From NCBI GenBank assembly GCA_965267575.1, contig OZ254086.1, forward strand, positions 448,001 to 512,000: DNA of 64,000 nucleotides. The letters run 5' to 3'. Below the pieces are notes generated by a model. It was given only the letters and a program-made list of their open reading frames with translations, had not been told where the DNA came from and did no database searches. Both the position numbers and the translations under genes were made by a program. This stretch comes from Calditrichales bacterium. GTDB taxonomy: Bacteria > Calditrichota > Calditrichia > Calditrichales > J004. Below, in pieces: positions 9,963 through 20,081 of this stretch (the first letter of the stretch is position 1; each line of letters begins with the position of its first letter).

Positions 9963-10037
9963 CTTCTTCGCTGTTTCGTTTTTAAAATTAATTTTTGTAT
10001 TTTTGTCACCTTTTCACGCTTACAAGAGGATCGTTAT

Positions 10038-11303
10038 TTGAAACAGTTGAAACGCATTAAGGGAACGCAGGATATCCTGGCCACGGAAAGCCCGGCATGG
10101 GTGGCGCTGGAGCAGCAGGTGCGGCGCACAATGGCCCGTTATAATTACGCCGAAGTGCGCACACCGGTATTTGAACTGACCGAGCTTTTTGCCCGCGGCA
10201 TCGGCGAATTGACCGACATTGTCTCCAAGGAAATGTACACGTTTACCGACCGCGCCAAAAAGAGCCTGACGCTGAAACCGGAAATGACGGCGCCGATCAT
10301 GCGCGCCTTTCTGGAAAACAACCTGCAGGCCCTGGCGCCGCTGCAAAAGCTTTTTTATATCGCACCGCTCTTTCGCCAGGAAAACCCGCAGGCGGGCAGA
10401 TTGCGCCAGTTCCACCAGTATGGCGCGGAGCTCATCGGCAGCCCTTCGCCGCTGGCAGATGCAGAGGTGATTGATCTTTCACTGGCCATTTTGAAAGAGC
10501 TGGGCCTGAACAATCTGAAGCTGCGCCTGAACACCGTGGGTGACCCCGAAAGCCGACAGAAATACCGGGCAGTCTTGCAGGAGTATCTGCGTCCGCGGCT
10601 GCAGGGTGCCGCTGAAGAGGTGCTGCGCCGGCTGGAGCAAAATCCGCTGCGTGTGCTGGACAGCAAAGATCCTCAGCTGCAGGATACAATCGCTTCCGCG
10701 CCGCGCATAACCGAATATTTGTCCGAAGAGGCGGCCGGCCACTACGATACGGTCAAACGCATTCTGACAGATAACAACCTGGAATTTGAAGAAGTGACTA
10801 CACTGGTGCGAGGACTGGATTATTACACGCACACCGTTTTTGAGATCACCAGCGACGCGCTGGGCGCGCAGAACGCTTTGGTTGGCGGAGGGCGTTATGA
10901 CCTGCTGGCCGAAGAGCTTTCCGGCAAGGCCGTGCCGGCTGTTGGATTTGCGGCAGGCATCGAACGCATTTTGATGGTGGCCGAGGCCCAGGATGTAAAG
11001 ATTGGCGAAAGCGAACGGTTGCAGCTTTTCGTGGTCAGCATCGGTGACGGCGCGCGCGAGAAGGCCCAGACCTGGATGCACCGTCTGCGCGAAGCCGGTT
11101 TTTCGGTGGACGGCGATCTGCTGGAACGGAGTCCCAAAGCGCAGTTCCGCGAGGCCAACCGGCAAAACGCCCTGTTTACGCTGGTGCTGGGCGAAGAGGA
11201 ACTGGCCCGCGGTGTCTGCAGCGTAAAGAACATGGATGAGGGCGCGCAGCAAGAGGTCGCTTTTGACGCACTGATTGAACACCTGCAAAAAACGATTCAA
11301 TAA
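10038..11303 (+). CDS. hisS: Histidine--tRNA ligase
   Basis: KEMYTF, FRQENPQAGRLRQFHQ, LVRGLDYYT, GGGRYD. Confidence 0.97.
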   Translation: MKQLKRIKGTQDILATESPAWVALEQQVRRTMARYNYAEVRTPVFELTELFARGIGELTDIVSKEMYTFTDRAKKSLTLKPEMTAPIMRAFLENNLQALAPLQKLFYIAPLFRQENPQAGRLRQFHQYGAELIGSPSPLADAEVIDLSLAILKELGLNNLKLRLNTVGDPESRQKYRAVLQEYLRPRLQGAAEEVLRRLEQNPLRVLDSKDPQLQDTIASAPRITEYLSEEAAGHYDTVKRILTDNNLEFEEVTTLVRGLDYYTHTVFEITSDALGAQNALVGGGRYDLLAEELSGKAVPAVGFAAGIERILMVAEAQDVKIGESERLQLFVVSIGDGAREKAQTWMHRLREAGFSVDGDLLERSPKAQFREANRQNALFTLVLGEEELARGVCSVKNMDEGAQQEVAFDALIEHLQKTIQ

Positions 11304-11391
11304 AGCGTGCTTAAAAGATGACGCATCCATACGCACTGAATCGATTCCCTCGTGGCAGGGATAAAGGGTGGGTCTTCGCACGGCAAATAAA

Positions 11392-11431
11392 CAGTCAATA
11401 ATTCTGCAATTCATTAATTCAATAATTAAGC
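11392..11431. repeat. Degenerate 8-bp tandem repeat (AATTCA-type)
   Basis: cagtcaat aattctgc aattcatt aattcaat aattaagc. Confidence 0.6.
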
Positions 11432-11439
11432 GACCGGCA

Positions 11440-12246
11440 ATGCAAAAAACGATAACCGCAACGCCCGCTCCCCTTTCCGGGGAACGCTTAAAGCAATACG
11501 CCAAGCTGCTGCAGAAAAAATACCGTCAGCAGTCTGGTCTTTACAGCATGAGCGGTTTGCGCGCGGTAAAAGGCGCGTTAAGCTGCGCGCCCCGACAACT
11601 GGAATGCCTGGTTGTTGAAAAAGGCCGTGAAGCGTTGTTGGAAGATTTGACCATACGCGGAAGCGATCGTCCTGTTTTTAGTGTCGACAGTCGCGGCATG
11701 GAGCGTCTGACGGAGGAGAAGACAGCACAGGGCATCGTCATGATCGGGCGGCGGCAGAGTATGGCCTTTAATGCAGATTCTTTCCGTGCCCCCCGCGCGC
11801 TCTATCTGGAGGCGATCAACGATCCGGGCAACCTGGGCACTGTGCTGCGCAGTGCGTCCTGGTTTGGCTACCGCCATGTCTTTTTGTCCCCGGACAGCGC
11901 GGACCCCTGGAACCCGAAGGCCCTGCGTGCCTCAGCCGGTTATGCCCCGGGCCTGCATCTTTACGAAAACGTCGCTGCCGGCAGCCTGGAGCGGCTGAGC
12001 AGGGAACAGGGCTATAAAATGTATGCTACAGCATTGGACGGCGATGATATCAACAACATCGTTTTTGAAAAAAAGCATATCCTGCTGTTCGGCTCGGAAG
12101 CACACGGCCTGTCCCGCGCGTTACAGGATAAGGCCGGTCAAAAGATAACCATCGCGCGCAACGGCGAGGGTGAATCGTTAAATCTATCGGTGGCCGCTTC
12201 CATTTGCATGTTTTGCGCCACACGTGCGGCAGACACCGGCTCATGA
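11440..12246 (+). CDS. TrmH/SpoU-family RNA 2'-O-methyltransferase
   Basis: INDPGNLGTVLRS, FGSEAHG, ESLNLSVA; start reassigned to the first ATG. Confidence 0.92.
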   Translation: MQKTITATPAPLSGERLKQYAKLLQKKYRQQSGLYSMSGLRAVKGALSCAPRQLECLVVEKGREALLEDLTIRGSDRPVFSVDSRGMERLTEEKTAQGIVMIGRRQSMAFNADSFRAPRALYLEAINDPGNLGTVLRSASWFGYRHVFLSPDSADPWNPKALRASAGYAPGLHLYENVAAGSLERLSREQGYKMYATALDGDDINNIVFEKKHILLFGSEAHGLSRALQDKAGQKITIARNGEGESLNLSVAASICMFCATRAADTGS

Positions 12247-12273
12247 GTCGATTGGAATGACATAATAAGCAAA

Positions 12274-12321
12274 CAATTCATCAATTCAGTAATTCAACAA
12301 TTCAGCTATTCATTTATTCGA
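12274..12321. repeat. Degenerate 8-bp tandem repeat (CAATTCAN)
   Basis: caattcat caattcag taattcaa caattcag ctattcat ttattcga. Confidence 0.8.
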
Positions 12322-12329
12322 GGTTTCTC

Positions 12330-13358
12330 ATGCTTGTAGTTATGAAAAAAAACGCCAGCGAAGCGGAAATCGCCGCGGTGGTAGACGCCATCGAGGAGAT
12401 GGGTTTTAATGCCCGGCCGATTCCCGGCAGCAACCGCACGGCCATCGGCACCATCGGCAACACCGGCCCGGTGGACGACACATCGATCCGCGGCCTGAGC
12501 GGCATCAAAGAGATCGTCCACATCACCAAGGCTTACAAACTGGCCAGCCGCGATTTTCATCCCACGGATACGGTCGTGCACATCAATAAAGGCCACATCG
12601 GCGATAACAACTTTGAGATCATCGCCGGTCCCTGCTCGGTGGAATCACAGGAACAGATCGAGAAGACCGCCCACTTTCTGGCTTCGCGCGGCATAAAGCT
12701 CCTGCGCGGCGGGGCCTACAAACCGCGCACATCGCCCTACGCTTTCCAGGGTATGGGTAAACAAGGGCTCAAAATTATGCACAAGGCCGCACGCGAAGTG
12801 GGCATGGCCGTAGTCACGGAAGCCATGGACATGGTTACGTTGGGAGATGTAGTGGAATATTGTGACGTGATCCAGATCGGGGCGCGCAACATGCAGAATT
12901 TCCCGCTGCTTAAGGAAGTGGGAAAAACCTCCAAGCCGGTCTTGTTAAAGCGCGGTATCTCAGCCACGCTGGATGAGTTGCTGCTTTCCGCGGAATACAT
13001 TCTCAACGCCGGCAACCAGAATGTGATTTTATGCGAGCGCGGCGTACGCACTTTCGACACGCACTCGCGCAACACTTTCGACATCACGGCTATACCGGTT
13101 CTGCAGGAGATCAGCCACCTGCCTGTGATCGTCGACCCCAGCCACGCCACGGGACACAGCGGGCGCGTTATCCCCATCTCGCGGGCGGCACTGGCTGTAA
13201 AAGCCCATGGTCTGATCGTGGAAGTGCATCCCGATCCGGGACACGCCATGTCGGACGGCGCGCAGTCACTAACCTTTGAGCAATTCGATACGCTGATGGA
13301 TGAATTGGAAACGATCAGCAAAGCCATGCACATACCGCTGCGGGGTGTCGATGGATAA
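12330..13358 (+). CDS. aroF: DAHP synthase, class I-beta with N-terminal regulatory domain
   Basis: IAGPCSVE, GGAYKPRTSPY, QIGARNMQNF, DPSH. Confidence 0.95.
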   Translation: MLVVMKKNASEAEIAAVVDAIEEMGFNARPIPGSNRTAIGTIGNTGPVDDTSIRGLSGIKEIVHITKAYKLASRDFHPTDTVVHINKGHIGDNNFEIIAGPCSVESQEQIEKTAHFLASRGIKLLRGGAYKPRTSPYAFQGMGKQGLKIMHKAAREVGMAVVTEAMDMVTLGDVVEYCDVIQIGARNMQNFPLLKEVGKTSKPVLLKRGISATLDELLLSAEYILNAGNQNVILCERGVRTFDTHSRNTFDITAIPVLQEISHLPVIVDPSHATGHSGRVIPISRAALAVKAHGLIVEVHPDPGHAMSDGAQSLTFEQFDTLMDELETISKAMHIPLRGVDG

Positions 13359-14157
13359 AAAGCAACCTTTTCCCGAGCCGGTGGAAGCGCTGGTACTTAT
13401 CCTGATGATATTTGCCTCCATCCTGGTGCTTACTTTTATTGGCGCCGGCACGCTGCAATTTTTGTTTGGTGATATTTCGCTTGAAAACAATGTGCGATTG
13501 TGGTTTGTTTTTGGCGAGGCGCTGTTCCTGATCATCCCTTTGCTTTACTGCCGGCGTAAAGGCTATCCGATTGAAACGCTGTTCCGTTTCCGCAAGGTGG
13601 ATTCTACGACGCTGCTGCTCAGTTTTCTGCTGGGCCTTGGTCTCATTGTATTAACCGACGAACTGGAGCGGCTTATCAATATGGTGGTGCCTCAGCCCGA
13701 ACTGATCAAAGAGATGATGGCGCCGCTGATGGCATCAACGGCCACCGACTGGCTGCTGGTGATTTTGGGCAGTGTGATTCTGGCGGCCGTTGCCGAAGAG
13801 GGCCTGTTCCGCGGGTTTCTGCAGGTAACGCTGGAACAAAAAGGCGATGTGACGCGGGCGGTGATTCTGGCGGCGGTAAGCTGGACGATCATTCATATCA
13901 ACCCCTACTGGGCGATACAGATTTTTGTGATGGGTGTGTTTCTGGGTTTTCTGGCCTGGCGCACGGGCTCAATTTGGCCGGCGGTAATTATCCATGCCAG
14001 CAACAATCTGCTGGCGCTGCTGATGCTCAATTTTAACTGGGAAGAAAAGGCCACCTGGTACAACAGCAACGGTCATGTATCACCGTTTTTGATTGTTTTG
14101 GCGGCGGGCGCCGTATACTGGACCATACGGCAAATACACCTGATACACGCGCGCTAA
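13351..14157 (+). CDS. CPBP/CAAX (Abi) intramembrane metalloprotease
   Basis: EEGLFRG and IIHASNN motifs; multiple TM segments. Confidence 0.9.
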   Translation: MDKKQPFPEPVEALVLILMIFASILVLTFIGAGTLQFLFGDISLENNVRLWFVFGEALFLIIPLLYCRRKGYPIETLFRFRKVDSTTLLLSFLLGLGLIVLTDELERLINMVVPQPELIKEMMAPLMASTATDWLLVILGSVILAAVAEEGLFRGFLQVTLEQKGDVTRAVILAAVSWTIIHINPYWAIQIFVMGVFLGFLAWRTGSIWPAVIIHASNNLLALLMLNFNWEEKATWYNSNGHVSPFLIVLAAGAVYWTIRQIHLIHAR

Positions 14158-14789
14158 GGTGAGGTTTTTTGTTTTAAAAACTGCATAACGCTGTTTTCGG
14201 CCTGGATAACTTCCACCACATTGCCGTTGCGCATGGAGTCCCATACGGCCTGCGGCGAAACCCCTTCCAGGTCGGCCACCTTTTCATAGGTGCCCAGTTC
14301 CTTGTATTTCCAATAGCGCTGATAGACGCGGTCGCGCCAGTGGCTTTTAATAGCATTGATCAGCGTGTAGACGGAATTGATGTACATATCCAGCTGGCTA
14401 TCGTTAGATTGAAAGATGACCCGGGTCTTGCGTTTTTTGGCCTGGTTAAGCGCGGCGTTGGCCCGGTGAAACGCCGGCCCGTCCATCTCAATCGGAATGT
14501 TGGCGCCCATTTTCTGAATGCGCCCCAGGCCGATGCCGTAACGCATCACCAGCGGATACAACAGGCGTTCGAACTCAATCATGATATCATGCACAACAGG
14601 AATATCGCGCACCACGCCCTGGAACTCATCGCCCTTGGTGATCATAAACGGCGCTTCAATGGCATCCTGCCAGTTCTCATTCACCTGCACAATGGCCGAC
14701 TTGAGGAAAAGCTGCCATTCGTAACGCTCCATCTCCTTCATCTTTTTGGAACCCTTGATATCCGAAATTATCACCGCGTATTCTTGCAT
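14154..14789 (-). CDS. SatD-family protein with C-terminal HTH
   Basis: IISDIKGS, ITKGDEFQ, MDGPAFHRA; YEKVADLEGVSPQAV. Confidence 0.8.
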   Translation of the reverse strand: MQEYAVIISDIKGSKKMKEMERYEWQLFLKSAIVQVNENWQDAIEAPFMITKGDEFQGVVRDIPVVHDIMIEFERLLYPLVMRYGIGLGRIQKMGANIPIEMDGPAFHRANAALNQAKKRKTRVIFQSNDSQLDMYINSVYTLINAIKSHWRDRVYQRYWKYKELGTYEKVADLEGVSPQAVWDSMRNGNVVEVIQAENSVMQFLKQKTSP

Positions 14790-14900
14790 CTTATCTATTC
14801 CGCTTCAGGGTGGATTTCATCACCAGCAGCGGTAATTGCGATCCCGCCATTCTTTTTAGTCTGACTCCTCTTGTCAAGACAAATTCAGCTTATCTTAGCC

Positions 14901-16043
14901 TCACGCGGAAGAAAAAGCCGCATTGAGCTTTTCGATCAGTTGTTCTTCCCGCGCTTTATCATACACGCCCTGTATCAGTCCGGCAGGTCCGCCGCCGCGC
15001 ATCCCGAACCCGGCGCCTTCAGCGTGAATGAAATCGCGCATATTAAAAGAGTTTTCATCGCCGGCGAAATAGAAACGCCCGTCACACAGCACGCAAACGC
15101 TCTTGCCGTCGGCGGCCCTGTTTTTGGCCAGTTGCATGGCCTGCCCGGCAAAATTTTCATCCAGCTGCAACACAAATCCTGCTTCTGTTTTGGCAAAAGC
15201 CTCCGCCCAGGCGCTGCCCAGGAAATTGTTTTGTTTTTGCAGATTCACCTTTTCGGCGATCAGCCCTTTTACGCGATCCGGCATTTCCGCCGGTGAACAC
15301 TGCAACGATTGATTGAGCTCTTTTTCCAGCTCCCTTGCCGCTCTCGTCCAAGCATATGCGGCGCGGCCAAACAGCACCTGTAAACGCTGGTTTCCGCGTA
15401 TCTTTTCCCGGCCCGTTATCAGGCAAAGACCGATTTCCGCGCTGTTGCGTACGTGCGTGCCGCCACAGGCCGAATAGTCAATCTCACCCAGCTGAACGAT
15501 GCGCAGCCGTTCATGGCCCGGTGGTATCTTGCGCAGAGGTATTTTGGAAGCTTCATCGGCGGATAAGTAATAGGTTTTCACAGGCAGGGCGCTGCGTATC
15601 AGCTGATTGCATTCTTCCTCGATTACACGCATACGCTGATCCGGCAGATAGCTGCCGCTTACCTCCACCAGCGTATAATGCTCGCCCAAATGCACCGACT
15701 CGGTGGGACAACCGGCCTTGTCCAGAACGGCGGAAATTAGATGTTGTCCCGTGTGCTGCTGCATATTGTAATAACGGAAAGCGCCGTCAATCTTTATCTC
15801 AATGGAATCCCCTTCCTTTAACGACGCATTCTGATCAATACGGTATGCGGCATGACCGTATTGACGGATGTCGGAAACAGTATATCCGCCAAGCACGGCT
15901 CGATCAGCCTGTTGCCCGCCGCCACCGGGATAAACTATGGTAGCCTCGGGCTCCACCCACAGGGCATTCTCTTCCGAACGCACGCTTACAACACGCGTCC
16001 TTAACTTTGTTTGATAGGGATCGTCGTAATAACAGGTCTTCAT
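14901..16043 (-). CDS. AlaX-type alanyl-tRNA editing protein with DHHA1-like tail
   Basis: YPGGGGQ..D, MQQHTGQH, ACGGTHV, RGGG. Confidence 0.9.
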   Translation of the reverse strand: MKTCYYDDPYQTKLRTRVVSVRSEENALWVEPEATIVYPGGGGQQADRAVLGGYTVSDIRQYGHAAYRIDQNASLKEGDSIEIKIDGAFRYYNMQQHTGQHLISAVLDKAGCPTESVHLGEHYTLVEVSGSYLPDQRMRVIEEECNQLIRSALPVKTYYLSADEASKIPLRKIPPGHERLRIVQLGEIDYSACGGTHVRNSAEIGLCLITGREKIRGNQRLQVLFGRAAYAWTRAARELEKELNQSLQCSPAEMPDRVKGLIAEKVNLQKQNNFLGSAWAEAFAKTEAGFVLQLDENFAGQAMQLAKNRAADGKSVCVLCDGRFYFAGDENSFNMRDFIHAEGAGFGMRGGGPAGLIQGVYDKAREEQLIEKLNAAFSSA

Positions 16044-16076
16044 TTTTCAGAAATGGCGGGGACTATTCTCCGGCGT

Positions 16077-17504
16077 TTATAGCACAAAATATTTGTCAAA
16101 AGGCATGCCGAATTCCTGTACTTCGTAGTCGCCCGTGCTGTGGTTCATCTTATAGGTACCGCGATACTCGCCGCGGGCGATACGCTGCAGCGCCTCAACG
16201 ATGGCGTCGATCTCTTCTTCCACGTTGTACATGCCAAAGCTCATGCGCACGGCGCCCGGAATACTGGAGCGGTCATGCTGCAAAATGCGTGATTCCAGCA
16301 AATCGCTCTCTTCCTGCGTTACGTGCAGCAGGCATTTAATGTAGGGGTGGGCGCAGAAACAGCCGTTGCGCACGCCGATGCCGCTTTCATAGTTAAGCAT
16401 GGCTGCCACCAGGGCGTGGTCCAGACCTTTCATGTTAAAGGAGATAACACCCAGTCTGTTTTCAACATCATGGGGGTCGGCAGAGCCGTAGACGGTCAGT
16501 CCCGGTACTTTGGCCAGTTTTTGCAGCGCGTAAGTGGTCAGCCGTGCTTCGTGTTCGGCAATGGCGTCCATCCCGATCTCGCTGCAGATCTGCAGGGCCT
16601 TGCCCAGCGCGATGGCGCCCGGCACATTGGGTGTTCCCGCTTCTTCCGATTCCGGCACATCTGCCCAGAAAACATGATCTATGGAAACGATACTGACCGT
16701 ACCGCCGCCTACATAATCGGGCTCGCCGCCGGCAAAAGCCTTACGATTGGCGATCAGCACACCCAGGCCAAAAGGCGCGTAAATTTTGTGCGCCGAAAAA
16801 GCCAGGTAATCGATATGCCCGGGATCATCCTGGTCGCCCATATCAATTTTGCGGTGCGGAGCCAGCTGCGCGGCGTCCACCATGATCTCGGCGTCATGGC
16901 TGTGCACCAGCCGGGCAATCTCATGAACCGGGTTAACGTAGCCGGAGACATTGGAGGCGCCGGTGATAGCCACAAGCCGCACCTTGCCTCTGTATTTTTC
17001 TAGTTTGCTGCGCAGATCGTCCATATCCAGGCGTCCCATATCATCGATTTCCACATGCTTAACAGTGGCACGCATGCGCCAGGGCAGGTCGTTGGAATGG
17101 TGCTCCATTTTAGAACAAAGCACCACGTCCTCCTTGGTTAGCGGCATACGCCGCGCCAGCTTGTTAATTGCCTCAGTAGAGTTTTTGCCAAATATGATCG
17201 TATGCTCCTCATCGCGCACGTGGAAAAAATCGCGCACGATTTCGCGGCTCTGCTCATACAAATGTGTGCTTATCTGCGACTTAAATCCGGTGCCGCGGTG
17301 GATATTTGAGTACCAGGGCATAAAACGATTGATAGCATCCAGTACCGGTTGCAACGTCGGCGTGCTGGCGGCATTGTCAAAATTGATATAGCGTGCCGTA
17401 GTGCCGTCAATCAATGGCACATGCTCGTCTATGCCGACAACCTGCTCGCGGATATTGTCAATCGTCATCATGCCATTGGTAGTTTTTGTTTGCGGGTTTT
17501 GCAT
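16077..17504 (-). CDS. Class V PLP aminotransferase, cysteine desulfurase-like
   Basis: FDNAAST, EHHSN, DAAQ, FSAHK, EAGTP, RNGCFCA. Confidence 0.9.
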   Translation of the reverse strand: MQNPQTKTTNGMMTIDNIREQVVGIDEHVPLIDGTTARYINFDNAASTPTLQPVLDAINRFMPWYSNIHRGTGFKSQISTHLYEQSREIVRDFFHVRDEEHTIIFGKNSTEAINKLARRMPLTKEDVVLCSKMEHHSNDLPWRMRATVKHVEIDDMGRLDMDDLRSKLEKYRGKVRLVAITGASNVSGYVNPVHEIARLVHSHDAEIMVDAAQLAPHRKIDMGDQDDPGHIDYLAFSAHKIYAPFGLGVLIANRKAFAGGEPDYVGGGTVSIVSIDHVFWADVPESEEAGTPNVPGAIALGKALQICSEIGMDAIAEHEARLTTYALQKLAKVPGLTVYGSADPHDVENRLGVISFNMKGLDHALVAAMLNYESGIGVRNGCFCAHPYIKCLLHVTQEESDLLESRILQHDRSSIPGAVRMSFGMYNVEEEIDAIVEALQRIARGEYRGTYKMNHSTGDYEVQEFGMPFDKYFVL

Positions 17505-17556
17505 AACTTTTCCTTTAGATTTGTTTTCTCAGATACGATGCGGCTGATCCAGGCCA

Positions 17557-18567
17557 CTAGCCGATCATCTTGCGGCGCTGTTTTTCAATCTGCTCCATAA
17601 CCTGGTTGGCCAGCTTAAGCGCCTTCAGTCCGTCTTCGGCGGTTACGGCAGGCCGGCTGCGTTCACGCACACACTGGCAAAACGCCTTCAGCTCATTGAG
17701 CAGCGGATTTACTTCTCGCCGCTCCAACCGCGCGTACTTGATCTCCTTTTTCATGGCCCCGGCGTCAATCTGCCCCAGCGAGTAGGCCAGCGTACTGTCG
17801 GCAAAAGGCATCTGCCCGCCGTCCGGGATATAGAATATCTCGGAAAAACCTTCGGCCATATCCAGCGAAATATAGGCATTGCGCTGGAAAATCCGCATTT
17901 TGCGCATCTTCTTGGCCGAAATGCGGCTGGCCGTCACATTGGCCACGCAGCCATTCTCAAACTCGATACGCGCGTTGGCAATGTCCACGTTGTCTGAAAC
18001 CACACCCACCCCGCTGGCATCAATCTTCGCCGGAGCCGAGTCCACCAGGTGCAGTATCAAATCCAGGTCGTGGATCATCAGGTCGAGAATAACGGCCACG
18101 TCTGTGCCGCGCGGGTTAAAAGAAGCCAGGCGATGGGCCTCTACAAAAACCGGCTGAATATCCACATCGCCCAGGGCCTGCAAAGCGGCGTTAAAACGTT
18201 CGATATGCCCCACCTGTATAAGGCGCTTTTTGCTGCCTGCCGTTTCAATCAGCTCGCGGGCTTCCTGCTCGGTACGTGTAACCGGCTTTTCTATAAACAC
18301 GTCGCGATTCATGTTCAATGCCATTAAGGCAATCTCATGATGGCTTGTGGTTGGCGTTACGATATTAACAGCATCGCAAGATTCCATAAGCTGTTCCAGG
18401 GATTCAAAAGCGCGGCAGTCCAGCTCCCTGGACAAAGCCTGTGCTTTTTTCTGGTCCGTGTCAAATACTCCAACCAGATGCGCGTCCGCCACCTGCTTGT
18501 ATAATGAGGCATGCAGCCTGCCCAGGTGCCCCACACCGATTACGCCGACATTAATTTTTTCGCTCAC
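17557..18567 (-). CDS. Gfo/Idh/MocA oxidoreductase (GnnA-like)
   Basis: GVGHLG, EKP, QVGHIERFN, DLMIHD. Confidence 0.9.
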   Translation of the reverse strand: MSEKINVGVIGVGHLGRLHASLYKQVADAHLVGVFDTDQKKAQALSRELDCRAFESLEQLMESCDAVNIVTPTTSHHEIALMALNMNRDVFIEKPVTRTEQEARELIETAGSKKRLIQVGHIERFNAALQALGDVDIQPVFVEAHRLASFNPRGTDVAVILDLMIHDLDLILHLVDSAPAKIDASGVGVVSDNVDIANARIEFENGCVANVTASRISAKKMRKMRIFQRNAYISLDMAEGFSEIFYIPDGGQMPFADSTLAYSLGQIDAGAMKKEIKYARLERREVNPLLNELKAFCQCVRERSRPAVTAEDGLKALKLANQVMEQIEKQRRKMIG

Positions 18568-19889
18568 GGATTAATTCCTTTTTCTTTTTGCAGAATATAT
18601 TCACCGTTGCGGTTTTCATCGACAAAAACGAAAGACGTTTCCCGCTCCGGGTAATACCACACTTCAAACGGCGGCTTGTCCGTCAAATAGCGCTGCTCGT
18701 CCTTGCGTTGCGGCTCACCGTAGAGAATGTAGACCATGCCACGGTCGGTTTCCCAGCCTTCTTTAAAACGCGTGGAATAATGGCGCAGCGTGTGTGTCAC
18801 ACGGCGGTAATATTCATGCTTTAGTTCATTATATGCGGTTTCAGGGTTTTTGTCACGCTCTTTCCAGTACGCGTCGAACCATTCGGAAAGCTGCTCCAGA
18901 TCCAGCTCTTTCACCCGCTCAAGCTCATCGGCGGAAAGCAGGTATTTCATCGGCCGCACCGCCAGATCCACCTTGTAAAGATAGATCGGTTTTTCAAACC
19001 AGACCACCGAAAAATCGCGCTCAACCACCTGCTCTTTTTCGTCCGGTCCTTCGCCCACCATGCGCAGGGTATAGTCACCTTCTTCCATTTTTTCATAAGG
19101 CAGATTGTAATAAAGCCCAAGCACGCCCTGTTCTGAAGAAAGCGTATCGTACTGCTGGTGGACCAGTTTCCTGTCTTCGTTTATTTTCCTAAAAAGACGG
19201 TAATTGCTGTAATACTGCCCCGCCGAGTCGACCAAAAGGCGGCAGAATGCCCGGTAGGGGTTATTAAAATCGAGAATGGTGCGTGCAGAGCAAAGCGCAA
19301 TAGTGCCGCTATCGGCAGGGGCTTCCGTTTTTAAAAATACGATCGTCTCCGCCGGACCGTCCGCTATTATCTCAAAGCGGCGCATAGCGGTATAAACACG
19401 GCTGCTGCGGTGATCGCTGAATTCGAAAACAACGTCGTAGCGCCCGGGCAGCAATTCGGCCACACCACTTTCCGTGTAAGGCTCCAGGTCAAAACTGTAA
19501 TACTGGTATTGATCGTGGGCGTTCGTATCATCAAAATTTTTCAAGCGTGTTGTCAGCCGCCAGCTTTTGCCAAATTCGCTGCTTTCCTCCTCCTCACGGC
19601 GCACACTTACAGTTACCTGGTATTCGGAAACATAGACATCATTCTCTCGCACAAAAGTGAGATAATCATTCTGGATTGCAAAGCTTACGACGAATGCCGG
19701 CTGCGTACCCTGATGCGCTTTGCCGTACCAATAATTGAAATTAATGTAGGGCTTGCGGTACACCTCAAAGCCATAGCGCGATGTGATGTTACGGATATCT
19801 TTCTGTGCTTCAACCGCCTGCTGAAATGCGGATGAAGAGACAATGAAGGACGCTGTTAAAAAGAAAATAAGCGGACGAAATGCGCGCAT
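18564..19889 (-). CDS. GWxTD-domain secreted protein
   Basis: EGWETDRGMVYILYGEP; signal-like N-terminus. Confidence 0.88.
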   Translation of the reverse strand: MRAFRPLIFFLTASFIVSSSAFQQAVEAQKDIRNITSRYGFEVYRKPYINFNYWYGKAHQGTQPAFVVSFAIQNDYLTFVRENDVYVSEYQVTVSVRREEEESSEFGKSWRLTTRLKNFDDTNAHDQYQYYSFDLEPYTESGVAELLPGRYDVVFEFSDHRSSRVYTAMRRFEIIADGPAETIVFLKTEAPADSGTIALCSARTILDFNNPYRAFCRLLVDSAGQYYSNYRLFRKINEDRKLVHQQYDTLSSEQGVLGLYYNLPYEKMEEGDYTLRMVGEGPDEKEQVVERDFSVVWFEKPIYLYKVDLAVRPMKYLLSADELERVKELDLEQLSEWFDAYWKERDKNPETAYNELKHEYYRRVTHTLRHYSTRFKEGWETDRGMVYILYGEPQRKDEQRYLTDKPPFEVWYYPERETSFVFVDENRNGEYILQKEKGINP

Positions 19890-20081
19890 TTTATCTCCCG
19901 TAAAAAGTTAAGCAATTTAAATGCCCCCTCACAGTAAATCAAGGCGCAAGGCCTGATATGAAAATCACCTGAACGCGCCAACGCCAAAACGGTTCGCTCG
20001 CTGCCGTAACTTGTCTTTTTTGGCAATAACCTGTAGCTTTAGCCCCTGTTTTTGCTCACCCCTATCCAACCGGAGATTCAC

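Noticed and set aside
14791-14850. 19-codon ORF ending just before the SatD-like gene
   Set aside because: The SD-like GAGGAG is about 14 nt from the ATG and the peptide is featureless, so it is likely chance.
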